Assembly (NCBI GenBank): GCA_031409275.1
Contig: JANNXA010000044.1
Coordinates: 1-64,000, forward strand
DNA length: 64,000 nt
Direction: 5' to 3'
From: Planctomycetota bacterium
GTDB taxonomy: Bacteria; Planctomycetota; B15-G4; SIAN01
The notes beneath the pieces are model-generated. The model did no database searches. It was given only the letters and a program-made list of their open reading frames with translations, and was not told where the DNA came from. Both the position numbers and the translations under genes were made by a program. Shown in pieces: positions 19,591 through 29,791 of the stretch (its first letter is position 1; every line of letters starts with the position of its first letter).

Positions 19591-19614
19591 GCCAACGGGC
19601 GGAGCGCAGCGCGT

Positions 19615-22600
19615 TCAGCCGACCTGGACCGAGCGGCGCTGCTGCCGTGGGACGCGCTCGTCGGCGGTGAGGATGCCGACCAGGTTCAGCGGATCCGCGG
19701 CGGCGACTTCGGAGCTCGCCGCCAGCGGTTCCCCGCTCGCGGTGGCCAGCGCGTCGTGGTCGCGGCGCACACGGCGACGTTTGCGCAACATCGCCACCGC
19801 ATCGGGCAGCGCGTACTGCTCGCCGTCGAAGCCGGCGACGAAGCGCCCACCGCGAACCTCGCCGCGCAGCTCCATGACCCGATAGCAGCGCAGCAGATCG
19901 CGCCACGGCACCGGCAGGCGCTCGCGCTCCAGCGTGCGGCGCAACACGATCCCCCATCGCTTCAGGAGCTGTCTCGCCACCAGCTCGATCTGCTCGGGTC
20001 GTGCAGGTGGCGCCAGCGTCGTCGCGGCTGGATTCTCCGGCGCGTCGCCACGGAAGCGACTCCACCGCCCCACCGTGAGGATCGGCAGCTTGCGCCGCGA
20101 CGGCGGGACGATGAGCTGTCGCAGCGCGCCGTACGAATCGCAGGTGATCGCGCCGCGCGCCACCAGCTCCTGCAACGCTCCTTCGAAGTGCGAGTCGAGC
20201 AGGCGTGAGGCGCGCTGCAGATCGCGCGGGAACATCGCGCCGCCGGTCGCCAACGCCCCCAACAGATCGCACGCCGGGCCGCTCGCTTCAGTGAGGTCCG
20301 CCGGCGGCGCCAGCTCGAGCCACTGCGACAGCTGCGCGCGCGGAATCAGGCAGATCGGCGCGGTTCGAATCGACGCGACTCCGCTCGACGCGAGCCGGCC
20401 CCACGCGAACTCGCCGCCAAGCGCCAACTGGTCGAGCCACTCGCGACGAAACTGCTTCATCCGGCGCGGCAACACGCTCGCCTCCCACGCCGCCGCCGGC
20501 ACCTCGAAACCGCAGAGCTGGTCGATCAGCGTGCGCAGTCCCGCGAGCCCCTCGACTCGCGTGTCGGGCTCGACGTGCTGCCACGCGGCGAGGAAGCGCA
20601 AGTAGTCGGCGGCGCTCACCGCTTCGATCTCTTCGCGCAACCGCTCCAGCGTGTAGCGATGGATGCGCGCCAGCAACCGTCGCTCGCACCACGCTTCGTG
20701 GCCGTCGACCTGCGTGCGCATCACCACGCCTTGCTGTTCGAGCGCGTAGAGCAGCGGCAGCTCTTCGCCGCCGCGACAGACGAAGGGGCCGAGCGCTTCG
20801 AGACGACCGCGCATCAGCAACAGCGGATCGCTCATGCCATCGACCGCACGCCAGCGGCCCGCCTCGCACCGCACGCGACCGGCGGCTTGGAGCTCGTCCA
20901 GCCACGCCTGCCAGGGCGCCGCTTCCTCGGCCGTGACCCAGCCCATCCAGAGCAGCGCCTCATGCACCTCTTCGGCGCCGCTGGGCGACGGCCACGCCTC
21001 CTCGCGCACGCGCGCCACGGCATCGGGTGCCAGCGCCCCGATCGCTTGCGCCTGCGCGCTCGGCAGCGAACGACGAGTGAGCACCGCCTGGGTGCGTCGC
21101 TCCTCCAATGGCGCATCGTCGAGGAAGGCGTAGGGCCGCGCCGCCAGCACGCTGCGCGCGAAGGCCGACGGCTCGACGGTATCGACGGCGACGCGCTCGA
21201 TGGCGCCGCTCTTCAGCTGCGTCAGCACGTCGACGAGCCCGGCCGAATCGAGCGCCTCCTGCAGGCAATCCTCCATCGTCTGGCGCACCAGCGGATGGTC
21301 CCACGGGATCTCGCGATCGCCCGCGGGCAACGTTTCGCCGCACGCGATCGCTTGCGGGAACGCCGCCGCGAGCAGGTCCTCGGCACGCATCCGCTGCAGC
21401 GGCGCGGGCACCTTGCGGCCATTGCGCATCCGCTCCAGCACCAGGCTGCGCGTCACGTTCCAGCGCCAGCGCGTGGCGAACATCGGCTGATCGAGGATCG
21501 CCTGCGCCAGCAGCTCGACCACCGTCGTCGAACTCAGGTAGTCGAAGACCTCGGCCAGCGGGAAGCTGTGCATCGTGCCGAGGCTGATGACCAACGCGTC
21601 TTCGTTGGCCGCGGCCTGCAGCTCGAAGCCGAAGCCGCGGCAGAAGCACTTGCGCAGCGCCAGCCCGAACGCGCGATTGATGCGCGAGCCGAACGGCGCA
21701 TGCAGCACCATCTGCATGCCGCCGCTCTCGTCGAAGAAGCGTTCCAGCACGAGCCTCTGCGGGGTCGGCACGCAGCCGAGCACGCGCCGCCCTTCCTCGA
21801 TCTGCTCGACGATCTGCTCCGCCGCCGCCGGCGGGACACCGCACTCCTCCACCAGCCACTGCTGCGCCGCCGCGACACGAACTCCCTTCGCACGGCCGAG
21901 CGCTGGCGTGCGCACCGGATCGAGACGCGCGTCGACGGCATCGCGCACGCGACCGACGGCGGCCGACAGCTCGCGCGTGCGGCCCGGCGCCTCGGCGACC
22001 CAGAAGGGCAACGTCGGCGGCGCGCCCTTCGCATCGACCACCCGCAACGTCCCCTTCTCCTGCCGCACGATCTGCCACGACGTGTTGCCGAGCTGGAAGA
22101 TGTCGCCGCCGCTGCTCTCGATGGCGAAGTCCTCGTGCACGCTGCCGACGAAGGTCCCTTCCGGCTCGAGCAGCACCTGCCAATCGGCGACGTCGGGGAT
22201 GGCACCGCCCGACTGCAGCGCGACGAGGCGCGCGCGCCGGGTCGCCATCACGCGCCCCTGCACGCCATCCACATGCAGCAATGCGTGGCGCCCTTGCGAG
22301 TGCAGCGCCAGCACCGCATCGAAGCGGGCGCGAGTCAGGTCGCGGTACGGCCATGCGCGACGACACGCCGTAAACAGCCCCTCGAGCGACCACGCCTCGC
22401 CAACGCACGCGGCGACCATCTGCTGCGCCAGGATGTCGAGCGGAGCGATCCGCTCGGGCGTCGGGTCGAGCTCGCGCGAACGGACCGCGTGGAGCAGCGC
22501 GGCGCTCTCGGTCAGCTCGTCGAGAGTGACGGGGAAGAGGCGGCCCTTGGGGACCTTGCGGATCATGTGGCCGGCGCGGCCGACCCGCTGCAGGAAGGTG

Positions 22601-23631
22601 GCGATGCTGCGTGTGCTGCCGACCTGCACCACGAGGTCGACGTCGCCGATGTCGATGCCGAGTTCGAGCGACGCGGTGGCCACCAGCGCCTGCAGCTTCC
22701 CGGCCTTCAGCCGCTGTTCGGCGTCGAGGCGACGCTCCTTGCTCAGGCTCGAATGGTGGCAGCCCACCTGCTCCTCGCCCAGCAGCTTGGTCAGTTGCGC
22801 GGACACCCGTTCGGCCAGCTTCCGGGTGTTGACGAAGACCAGCGTCGTCTTGTGCGCGCGGACCAGCGTGGCGATGCGCTCGTAGATCTCGCCCCACTGC
22901 TCGTGCGAGCAGATGGTCTGCAGCGGCGAGCCGGGCACGTCGATGGCGACGTCCATGGTCCGGAAATGGCCGACGTCGACGATGAACGGCGTGCGCCCGG
23001 CGCCGCAGACGAACGCGGCCGTGCGTTCGATCGGCTTCTGCGTCGCCGAGAGCCCGATGCGCTGGAAGTCGCCGGCCAGCGCGACGAGACGCTCGAGCGA
23101 CAGCGCGAGGTGGCTGCCGCGCTTGTCGCCGGCCAGCGCGTGGACTTCATCGACGATGACCGTCTTCACCGTGCTCAGGATCTTGCGCCCGCCACCGGAG
23201 GTCAGCAGCAGGTAGAGCGACTCCGGCGTGGTCACCAGCACATGCGGCGGCCGACGCGTCATCGCCTGGCGCTGCGACTGCGGCGTGTCGCCCGTGCGCA
23301 CCAGCACGCGCACTTCAGGCAGCGACGGGTCCATCTCCCGCAACTGCGCGAGCGGCCCGGCGAGGTTCTTCTGCACGTCGTTGCTGAGCGCGCGCAACGG
23401 CGAGAGGTAGAGCACCTGCGTCTCGTCGCGCAACTCGCTTCCCTGTCGCAGCAGCAGATCGAGCGCCCACAAGAACGCGGTCAGCGTCTTGCCCGACCCG
23501 GTCGGCGCCGCGATCAGCACGTGCCGCCCCGCCGCGATCGCCGGCCACCCCTGCTCCTGCGGCGGCGTCGGCGCGCCGAACTGCTCGGCGAACCAGCGCT
23601 GGACGGTCGGGTGGAAAGCGGAGAGCGACAT
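19615..23631 (-). CDS. lhr: Lhr-family ATP-dependent SF2 helicase (full-length, with C-terminal winged-helix/glycosylase-like region)
   Basis: APTGSGKT, DEVH, SAT, QRVGRAGH, DILAQQ, ERFFDESGGMQ, GEVRGGRFVAGFDGEQYALP. Confidence 0.95.
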   Translation of the reverse strand: MSLSAFHPTVQRWFAEQFGAPTPPQEQGWPAIAAGRHVLIAAPTGSGKTLTAFLWALDLLLRQGSELRDETQVLYLSPLRALSNDVQKNLAGPLAQLREMDPSLPEVRVLVRTGDTPQSQRQAMTRRPPHVLVTTPESLYLLLTSGGGRKILSTVKTVIVDEVHALAGDKRGSHLALSLERLVALAGDFQRIGLSATQKPIERTAAFVCGAGRTPFIVDVGHFRTMDVAIDVPGSPLQTICSHEQWGEIYERIATLVRAHKTTLVFVNTRKLAERVSAQLTKLLGEEQVGCHHSSLSKERRLDAEQRLKAGKLQALVATASLELGIDIGDVDLVVQVGSTRSIATFLQRVGRAGHMIRKVPKGRLFPVTLDELTESAALLHAVRSRELDPTPERIAPLDILAQQMVAACVGEAWSLEGLFTACRRAWPYRDLTRARFDAVLALHSQGRHALLHVDGVQGRVMATRRARLVALQSGGAIPDVADWQVLLEPEGTFVGSVHEDFAIESSGGDIFQLGNTSWQIVRQEKGTLRVVDAKGAPPTLPFWVAEAPGRTRELSAAVGRVRDAVDARLDPVRTPALGRAKGVRVAAAQQWLVEECGVPPAAAEQIVEQIEEGRRVLGCVPTPQRLVLERFFDESGGMQMVLHAPFGSRINRAFGLALRKCFCRGFGFELQAAANEDALVISLGTMHSFPLAEVFDYLSSTTVVELLAQAILDQPMFATRWRWNVTRSLVLERMRNGRKVPAPLQRMRAEDLLAAAFPQAIACGETLPAGDREIPWDHPLVRQTMEDCLQEALDSAGLVDVLTQLKSGAIERVAVDTVEPSAFARSVLAARPYAFLDDAPLEERRTQAVLTRRSLPSAQAQAIGALAPDAVARVREEAWPSPSGAEEVHEALLWMGWVTAEEAAPWQAWLDELQAAGRVRCEAGRWRAVDGMSDPLLLMRGRLEALGPFVCRGGEELPLLYALEQQGVVMRTQVDGHEAWCERRLLARIHRYTLERLREEIEAVSAADYLRFLAAWQHVEPDTRVEGLAGLRTLIDQLCGFEVPAAAWEASVLPRRMKQFRREWLDQLALGGEFAWGRLASSGVASIRTAPICLIPRAQLSQWLELAPPADLTEASGPACDLLGALATGGAMFPRDLQRASRLLDSHFEGALQELVARGAITCDSYGALRQLIVPPSRRKLPILTVGRWSRFRGDAPENPAATTLAPPARPEQIELVARQLLKRWGIVLRRTLERERLPVPWRDLLRCYRVMELRGEVRGGRFVAGFDGEQYALPDAVAMLRKRRRVRRDHDALATASGEPLAASSEVAAADPLNLVGILTADERVPRQQRRSVQVG

Positions 23632-23769
23632 GGCGCCAGACCGTACAGAACGCGAACGGGCATGGGTAGGGGGCGGGCGAAGTGGATCTCGTCGCGGTTA
23701 CCGTGCGTCAAAGGAACGCCGAGCGCCGAAGCGCGCGCCGTACCGACGGCCTGGCACGGAGGTCCTGCG

Positions 23770-24405
23770 ATGAACGAGGTCGAGCGCCGTCCCGATCCGC
23801 CGAGGGGCGACGCGACCGAGACGCTGCTCAAGCGTGCCCGCGCGGGCGACGCTGCCGCCTTCGAGCAGCTCTTCGCGCTGCACGGCGAACGGCTCCGGCG
23901 CAGCGCTCGCGCCAAGGTGCCGACGGCGCTGCGCGCCCGGATCGACGACTCCGACGTCGTGCAGGAGGCGTTGGTCGACGCGGTCACCCATCTCGACTCG
24001 TTCCAGGAACGCGGTGAGGGGTCGTTCCGGCGCTGGCTCTCGGCGCTGCTGCGCAATCGGCTGCTGATGACGATCCAGAGCTGCCTCGGCCGGCAGAAGC
24101 GCGACGCGCGGCGCGAGACGCACCTGAAGGAGCACTCGGGTTCCAAAGGGCGCGGCGTCCGGGTCGCTTCGCCGCAGAGCTCACCGTCGGCGGCCGCGAT
24201 GCGCGGCGAGCGGCGACTGCTGCTCGAGCGCGCCATCGCGACGTTGCCTGCCGACCACGCGCAGGTGCTGCGGCTCGTCCGCCTCGAGGAGCGGTCGATC
24301 TCCGAGGCCGCAGCGGCGATGGGCCGCACGGACAATGCGGTGAAGAAGCTCCTCGCGCGTGCGCTGCTGTCGCTGCGCGAGGCGCTCGACGCCGGAACGG
24401 CCTGA
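23770..24405 (+). CDS. ECF RNA polymerase sigma-70 factor (kinase-associated type)
   Basis: ARAGDAAAFEQLF, RIDDSDVVQE, SFRRWL, SSPSAAA, sigma4 HTH MGRTDNAVKKLLARAL. Confidence 0.92.
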   Translation: MNEVERRPDPPRGDATETLLKRARAGDAAAFEQLFALHGERLRRSARAKVPTALRARIDDSDVVQEALVDAVTHLDSFQERGEGSFRRWLSALLRNRLLMTIQSCLGRQKRDARRETHLKEHSGSKGRGVRVASPQSSPSAAAMRGERRLLLERAIATLPADHAQVLRLVRLEERSISEAAAAMGRTDNAVKKLLARALLSLREALDAGTA

Positions 24406-24409
24406 TGCG

Positions 24410-27343
24410 ATGGATGAGAGCGCAATCGGGGACGCGGTCGCCACCTGGCTCGAGCTGAAGCGCAGCGGCGGTGCGCCGTCGCTCGACGACTACGTCGCCC
24501 GCCACCCCGCCATCGCTGCCACGCTGCGGCGCTGCCTGGTCGACCTCGACTCCGCCGATTCGCGCGGCGCCACCGCGGTCGCTCCCGACCTCGACCTGCC
24601 ACGCGATTTCGGCGACTTCCGGCTGCTGGCGCTGCTGGGCCGCGGCGGCATGGGCATCGTCTACGCGGCGGAACAGAAGAGCCCGCGGCGCCGCGTCGCG
24701 CTCAAGATCCTGCCGCTCGGCGCCGCGGGCCACCAGGCGCACGCGCGCTTCCTCCGCGAGGTCGAGCTCACCGCGAAGCTGAGCCACCCGAACATCGTCG
24801 AGGTGCTGCAGGCCGGCGAGCAGGAGGGCGTCCCGTGGTACGCGATGCCACTCCTCGAAGGTGCGTCGCTCGATCGCGTCGTCGAAGGGTGGCGCCGCAA
24901 TCCGACGCGCGCGCCGCTCGCGAACGGCCGCGAACTCGCGGCATGGATCGCCCGCTTCGCCGAGGTGGCGCGCGCGCTGGCCGTCGCCCACGCCGCCGGC
25001 GTGCTGCACCGCGACTTGAAGCCGAGCAACCTCTTCCTCGAACGGATCGAGGGCGGCGCCGAGCGGCTGCTGCTGCTCGACTTCGGGCTCGCTCGCCGCA
25101 GCGATGGCACCGGCACGCTGCAGAGCGAATCGCCGGTCGGCACGCCGCGCTACATGAGCCCCGAGCAGGTGGTCGGCGAGAAGTTGCTGGTCGACGCGCG
25201 CAGCGACGTCTACTCGCTGGGCGCCACGCTCTACGAGATCGTGACGCTGGAACCGCTCTTTCGCGGCAATGAGCGCGAGGCGATCTTCCGCGCGATCCTG
25301 CTGACCGAGCCGCGGCCGCCGCGCCGCGCCGACACGCGCGTTCCGCGCGACCTCGAGAACGTGATCCTCAAGTCGCTGGAGAAGCGACCCGAACGGCGCT
25401 ACGCCGATGCGACCGCTTTCGCCGATGACTTGCAGCGCTTCGTCGACTTCCAGCCGGTGAAGGCACGGCCGGTCGGTCCGGGAGGCCGGCTGCTGCGTCG
25501 CATGCAACGCAACCCGGTCGTCGCCGCGGCGCTGGCGTTGGCGCTGCTGGTCGCGATCACGGCCATGGTGGCGTTGCCGTTGCAGCGAGCGCGCGACGCG
25601 AGCGAGCGGCGGCGTCAGGCGCGCGCCGAGGTCGCGGCCACGCTGCAGCGGTCGCGTGCCGCGCGCGAGCGAATCGCCGCCGTCGAGGCCGAGATGAGCC
25701 AGCTCGCGGCGCAACGCGCGACGCTCGAACTCGCGCTCGAACCGTGGCGCGCGCCGAGCGAGAAGAGCCGGCTGCTCGAACTCGACGCCGCCCGCGACAC
25801 GCTCGCATCCGAGCGCGACTCGCTGCTCGACCGGGCGACGTTCGAACTGCTGCGCGCGATGCAGCTCCTTCCTGGCGAGACCGCCGCCCGCGAGGAGTAC
25901 TCGGCGCTCCTCTCCTTGGGCTACTGCGGCGCCGAGCAGAATCGCGAGCAGGAGCGGATGGACCGCTTCCGCGGCCTGATCGAGCGCTTCCATGGAGCGC
26001 TGCACGGCACGCTGCGTCTCACGCTCGCTCCGCCCGACGCATCGCTCCGGCTCTTCCGCTACGTGCACTCCGGCGCGCTGCTGCTGCCGGTGCCATGCGG
26101 GGCCGACGGGGAAACGGCAGCCGAGCCGCTCGAGGGCGTCGAAGTCGACGGGCCGTGGTGCGGCGCCGAGCTGACCGCGGTGAGCGGCGCCACCGACCTG
26201 CTGCGGCCCGGCGACGTCATCACCCGCTTCTGCGGTTTCAGTCCGCAGAACCTCGCCGGCATCGAAGTGGAGATCGGCTCCGTCGGCAGCACCCATCGCC
26301 ATCGCGTGCGTCGCGTGCGAGACGGCGCGGCGGAGGACGTCGAGATCCCGGCGCGCCAGCTGACGTCGCTGACGGCGAAGCCGTTGGTGCGCGACCCGTT
26401 CGAACTGCGCCGCGATGCCGTGAGCGAACTGCACCACGACGGTGCGCTCCTTCTGCGGCTGCCGGTCGGCAGCTACCTGCTGCTCGCGGAATGCGACGAC
26501 CATGCTCCCGTGCGCCTGCCGGTCTGGATCAGCGAAGGGCGCGCGCTCGAGTTCACCGTCGAGCTCCCGGAACGCTCGCAGGTGCCCGATGGCTGGGTCG
26601 TGGTCCACGGCGGCCCGAGCTGGATCGGCGGCGACCGCGAGGCGGCGGGCGCCACCTTCGGTCGCGAGGTCGACTTGCCGACCTTCTTCATCGAGCGCGT
26701 CGAGGCGACCAAGCGCGACTACGTCGACTTCGCGACCGCGCGCTACCTCGAGGATCCGCGGGCGGCGCAACGGCTGGTGCCGAGCACGCGTGATGGCAAG
26801 CCGCGCTGGAAATGGCAAGACGGGCGCGCGACCTTCGACGCGGGCGCGCTCGCTCCGTTCGGCGAGGAGTACACGTTCGCCGAGCCGATCTACGGGCTGA
26901 CTCTGGAGCAGATCGCCGCCTACGCGGAGTGGCGCACGGCGCAGATCGGCGACCCCGATTTCGAGTGCGACCTGCCGAGCGCGGAGGAGTGGGAGCGCGC
27001 CGCGCGCGGCGCCGATGGCCGCCGCTTCCCATGGGGCGACGGCTTCGACTGGACCTTCGCGAAGAACGCGCTGGCCGCGCCGCTGAACGACGTTGGCGCG
27101 CCCGTCGAAGAGCCGGGCGGCCTCTTCCCGGTCGACTGCTCGGTGTTCGGCGTGCTCGATCTCGCCGGCAGCAACCGTGAGCTCGCGCGCGAGGCGGACG
27201 GCTCGTTCCGACTGCGCGGTGCATCGTGGGGACTGAACGAGGACAACGTCTTCCACTGCGCGTCGCGCTCGAACTTCGGCGCCGTCAATTTCGGCGAGAG
27301 CGGGCTCGGCTTCCGGCTGGTGATGCGGCGGCGCAGGAGCTGA
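24410..27343 (+). CDS. Membrane Ser/Thr kinase with coiled coil, PEGA-like/PDZ-like region and C-terminal FGE-sulfatase (SUMF1) domain
   Basis: LGRGGMGIVY, VALK, HRDLKPSN, DFGLAR, GTPRYMSPEQ; TM helix; LPSAEEWERAARGADGRRFPWG, DLAGS..E, LGFRLV. Confidence 0.93.
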   Translation: MDESAIGDAVATWLELKRSGGAPSLDDYVARHPAIAATLRRCLVDLDSADSRGATAVAPDLDLPRDFGDFRLLALLGRGGMGIVYAAEQKSPRRRVALKILPLGAAGHQAHARFLREVELTAKLSHPNIVEVLQAGEQEGVPWYAMPLLEGASLDRVVEGWRRNPTRAPLANGRELAAWIARFAEVARALAVAHAAGVLHRDLKPSNLFLERIEGGAERLLLLDFGLARRSDGTGTLQSESPVGTPRYMSPEQVVGEKLLVDARSDVYSLGATLYEIVTLEPLFRGNEREAIFRAILLTEPRPPRRADTRVPRDLENVILKSLEKRPERRYADATAFADDLQRFVDFQPVKARPVGPGGRLLRRMQRNPVVAAALALALLVAITAMVALPLQRARDASERRRQARAEVAATLQRSRAARERIAAVEAEMSQLAAQRATLELALEPWRAPSEKSRLLELDAARDTLASERDSLLDRATFELLRAMQLLPGETAAREEYSALLSLGYCGAEQNREQERMDRFRGLIERFHGALHGTLRLTLAPPDASLRLFRYVHSGALLLPVPCGADGETAAEPLEGVEVDGPWCGAELTAVSGATDLLRPGDVITRFCGFSPQNLAGIEVEIGSVGSTHRHRVRRVRDGAAEDVEIPARQLTSLTAKPLVRDPFELRRDAVSELHHDGALLLRLPVGSYLLLAECDDHAPVRLPVWISEGRALEFTVELPERSQVPDGWVVVHGGPSWIGGDREAAGATFGREVDLPTFFIERVEATKRDYVDFATARYLEDPRAAQRLVPSTRDGKPRWKWQDGRATFDAGALAPFGEEYTFAEPIYGLTLEQIAAYAEWRTAQIGDPDFECDLPSAEEWERAARGADGRRFPWGDGFDWTFAKNALAAPLNDVGAPVEEPGGLFPVDCSVFGVLDLAGSNRELAREADGSFRLRGASWGLNEDNVFHCASRSNFGAVNFGESGLGFRLVMRRRRS

Positions 27344-27388
27344 GCCGAAGCTCCACCCCTGCGCCGCGACGGATTCGTCCTGGAGCGA

Positions 27389-29161
27389 TCAACGCTTGCC
27401 GGCTCCGCGCGCGTTGTAGATCGCGGAGATCATCGCGGGCGTCAGCGTCCGCTTGTAGAGCGCCAGTTCATCGATCTCGCCCGCCAGCGACTGCGTCTCG
27501 CCCGAGTAGGGATGGCGCGCGATCAGCAGCGGGTGGCCGTTGCTCAGGTTGCCGAGCACGCTGGTCGGGATCGCGATGGGCGTGCCGACGATCTGGCCGT
27601 CGACGTAGAAGGCGATGGTGTCTTGCGTCGCGCTGGCGAAGTCGCGATCGACGATCACGGCGACGTGATGGTAGAGGCCGTCGGCGACGAAGCCGGCCGG
27701 GTTGCTGGCCGTTCCGATGTTCCACCAGGTCGAGTTGGCGGCGATCTGGAAGGAGAGGTAGCCGTTGTAGAGGTACATCGCGTACCCCTTCACCGCGGAG
27801 GCGCCGCTCATCTGCCGCTTGTCGACGATGTTGCGCACGGCGCGCGTGTCGCAGGTGCGCACCCAGCAGTCCCACGTGAAGCTGCCGGTGCCGACGTTCA
27901 GCGTCGCCGCGGTCGGGACCTTCACGCCATCGTTGCTGTCCGCGAAGCCGAGGCCGGTCTTCGCCATGCCCTCCTCGTGCACCGGGGCGACCGACCAGGC
28001 GAAGTAACCGTCGTTGCCATTGCCCGACGAATCGAGGATCAGGCCGCTGGTGTCGTCGAAGCGCCAATGGGCCGCGGCATTGGTCGGGCTGGTGACCGTG
28101 GTCTGGCTGGTCGCGTGGCAGGTGACGCGATTCGCCGCAGGATCGGCGACGAAGACCCGTTCGCTGCAGCGCGGGTAGATCGAACTGCCGAGCTTGACGC
28201 TGTCGAAGAAGCGACCGTACTCGACGCGCGAAGGACCGGTCATCAGGCCGGGTCCGGTGCTGACCGTCTCGCCATCGAGCGGGCGAACGGTGCCGTTGTT
28301 CGCATAGCAGTCCTTGAAGAAGAGCCGCTCGGCCTTCGTGCTGGTGGCGGCGCCCGGCGGATCGATCACCCACAGGCGCTCGCTCTCGTCATGGGCATCG
28401 ATGCTCATGCGCTGGAGCGCCGGCACGCCGCTGCTGCGCACGAAGAAGTCGCTGCCGCTGCGATTCGAGGCCATCAGGCAGCCGCAATCATCGGCGACGA
28501 GGACGAGGTCGCTCTCGGTCACCGTCACGTCGGCCGGCCGCGAGATGAACGGCACGTAGCTCGTGATCGGGACGGGCAGGTTGCAGTACGGCGGACCGAC
28601 GAACGGGGTGAACCAGCTGGCGTCGATGCGATCGGTCAGCTTCAGGTTGCGGTCGGCGACGTAGACATCGCCGTGCCTGTCGACGGCCAGCGCGACGATG
28701 TCGTTCCAGTTCGGCGTGCTGGAACTGCAGAGCCTGTCGTTGCCGAGGATGTCCTTCGTGAAGAGCAGCGCGACCCCGCTGCTGACGTCGTTGACAGCGA
28801 AGTAGACCTGCCCGAAATTCGGCGAGCGCTCGTTGTCGTCGCACGCCACCGCCCGGATGCGCATCGTGTAGCTCGAGTCGCTGAACCAGACCGCCGGCGT
28901 GGTGCTGGCCAACGTTCCGTCGCTCTTCAGCGGATAATGCAGGAGCTCGTTGGCGCCGGCATCGACGACGAAGAGCGAGTGGTTCGCGTACGACGCGAAC
29001 GTACCGATCGGCGAGTAGACCGCGACGTCGATCGGCGAGAAGCTCGAACCCTTGGTGATCTGGTACTTGAACGGGATCTGCTCGACCGAAACCGCGAGCG
29101 CGGGTCCGGCGGAGAGAGCGAGGAACGCGGCGAGCGGCCGCAACGCGAGCTGGATCGACAT
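27389..29161 (-). CDS. Secreted NHL-like beta-propeller + LamG (concanavalin-like) domain protein
   Basis: Signal peptide; LAVDRHGDVYVAD; AHWRFDD...DSSGNGNDG, HHVAV, FYVDG, GEIDELALYKRTLT. Confidence 0.88.
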   Translation of the reverse strand: MSIQLALRPLAAFLALSAGPALAVSVEQIPFKYQITKGSSFSPIDVAVYSPIGTFASYANHSLFVVDAGANELLHYPLKSDGTLASTTPAVWFSDSSYTMRIRAVACDDNERSPNFGQVYFAVNDVSSGVALLFTKDILGNDRLCSSSTPNWNDIVALAVDRHGDVYVADRNLKLTDRIDASWFTPFVGPPYCNLPVPITSYVPFISRPADVTVTESDLVLVADDCGCLMASNRSGSDFFVRSSGVPALQRMSIDAHDESERLWVIDPPGAATSTKAERLFFKDCYANNGTVRPLDGETVSTGPGLMTGPSRVEYGRFFDSVKLGSSIYPRCSERVFVADPAANRVTCHATSQTTVTSPTNAAAHWRFDDTSGLILDSSGNGNDGYFAWSVAPVHEEGMAKTGLGFADSNDGVKVPTAATLNVGTGSFTWDCWVRTCDTRAVRNIVDKRQMSGASAVKGYAMYLYNGYLSFQIAANSTWWNIGTASNPAGFVADGLYHHVAVIVDRDFASATQDTIAFYVDGQIVGTPIAIPTSVLGNLSNGHPLLIARHPYSGETQSLAGEIDELALYKRTLTPAMISAIYNARGAGKR

Positions 29162-29250
29162 GGCGATCTCCTTCCTTCGAGGTTGGGACGCCATACGACG
29201 TCCGTGCCCTGAGGAATGGCGATCGTGTCGCGAGAGTGCCGCGGTCTCGT

Positions 29251-29745
29251 TTACGTCCTGAACCAGATTCGGCCGGAGCGGTCCGCGCGACTGCGCGCCG
29301 CGGCGTGCGAATCGGCGTTCGAATCGGGCTGGCCCGCGTCGAGCGGCGGCGGGCGGTGGATCCCGACCCAATGGCCGGCGGGATCGCGCGAGGTCCAGAT
29401 CGAACCATCCTCGTCCATGAAGAAGAGGTGCGGCGCGCGGTGGTCGAAAGTCAGCGGCCATGCATGAAGGCGCAGCCCCGTCACCGTCCGCTGCACGCGG
29501 TAGGCGTAGCGCGAGCCGTCCGGCGCCACGATCGCCGGCGGCGGGCACGCTTCTCGGAGCGCCGTCGATCCGGCGCACGCATCCAACGCTCGCGCGGTGG
29601 CCAGCACCTGCATCGTCGCGATCACCGCAGCCTCGGGCGGGTGGGACGGCGGGAAGTGCGGGATCACCAGCGCTCCCAGCAGCGGCAGCGCGACGAGCGC
29701 CACGATCAAGAGCCCCGCGCGCGTCGAGACGTTTCGGTTCCACAT
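29251..29745 (-). CDS. Pilin-like (Pilin_GH/DUF2950-like) membrane-anchored protein
   Basis: Hydrophobic N-helix ending LVIPHF, EAAVIATM, YAYRV, HAWP, FFMDEDGSI. No canonical prepilin G|F site. Confidence 0.5.
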   Translation of the reverse strand: MWNRNVSTRAGLLIVALVALPLLGALVIPHFPPSHPPEAAVIATMQVLATARALDACAGSTALREACPPPAIVAPDGSRYAYRVQRTVTGLRLHAWPLTFDHRAPHLFFMDEDGSIWTSRDPAGHWVGIHRPPPLDAGQPDSNADSHAAARSRADRSGRIWFRT

Positions 29746-29791
29746 GCCGCCTCGATCGACCGAGACGGTCAGCGCAATTGAGCTTCGCTCC

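Noticed and set aside
20575..24405. 1276-aa ORF appearing to fuse a long N-terminus to the sigma factor
   Set aside because: Antisense shadow of lhr in high-GC DNA; the real sigma start is 23770.
27210..27343. FGE/C-lectin C-terminus as a diversity-generating retroelement target
   Set aside because: No template repeat or reverse transcriptase in the window; a remote DGR cannot be excluded.
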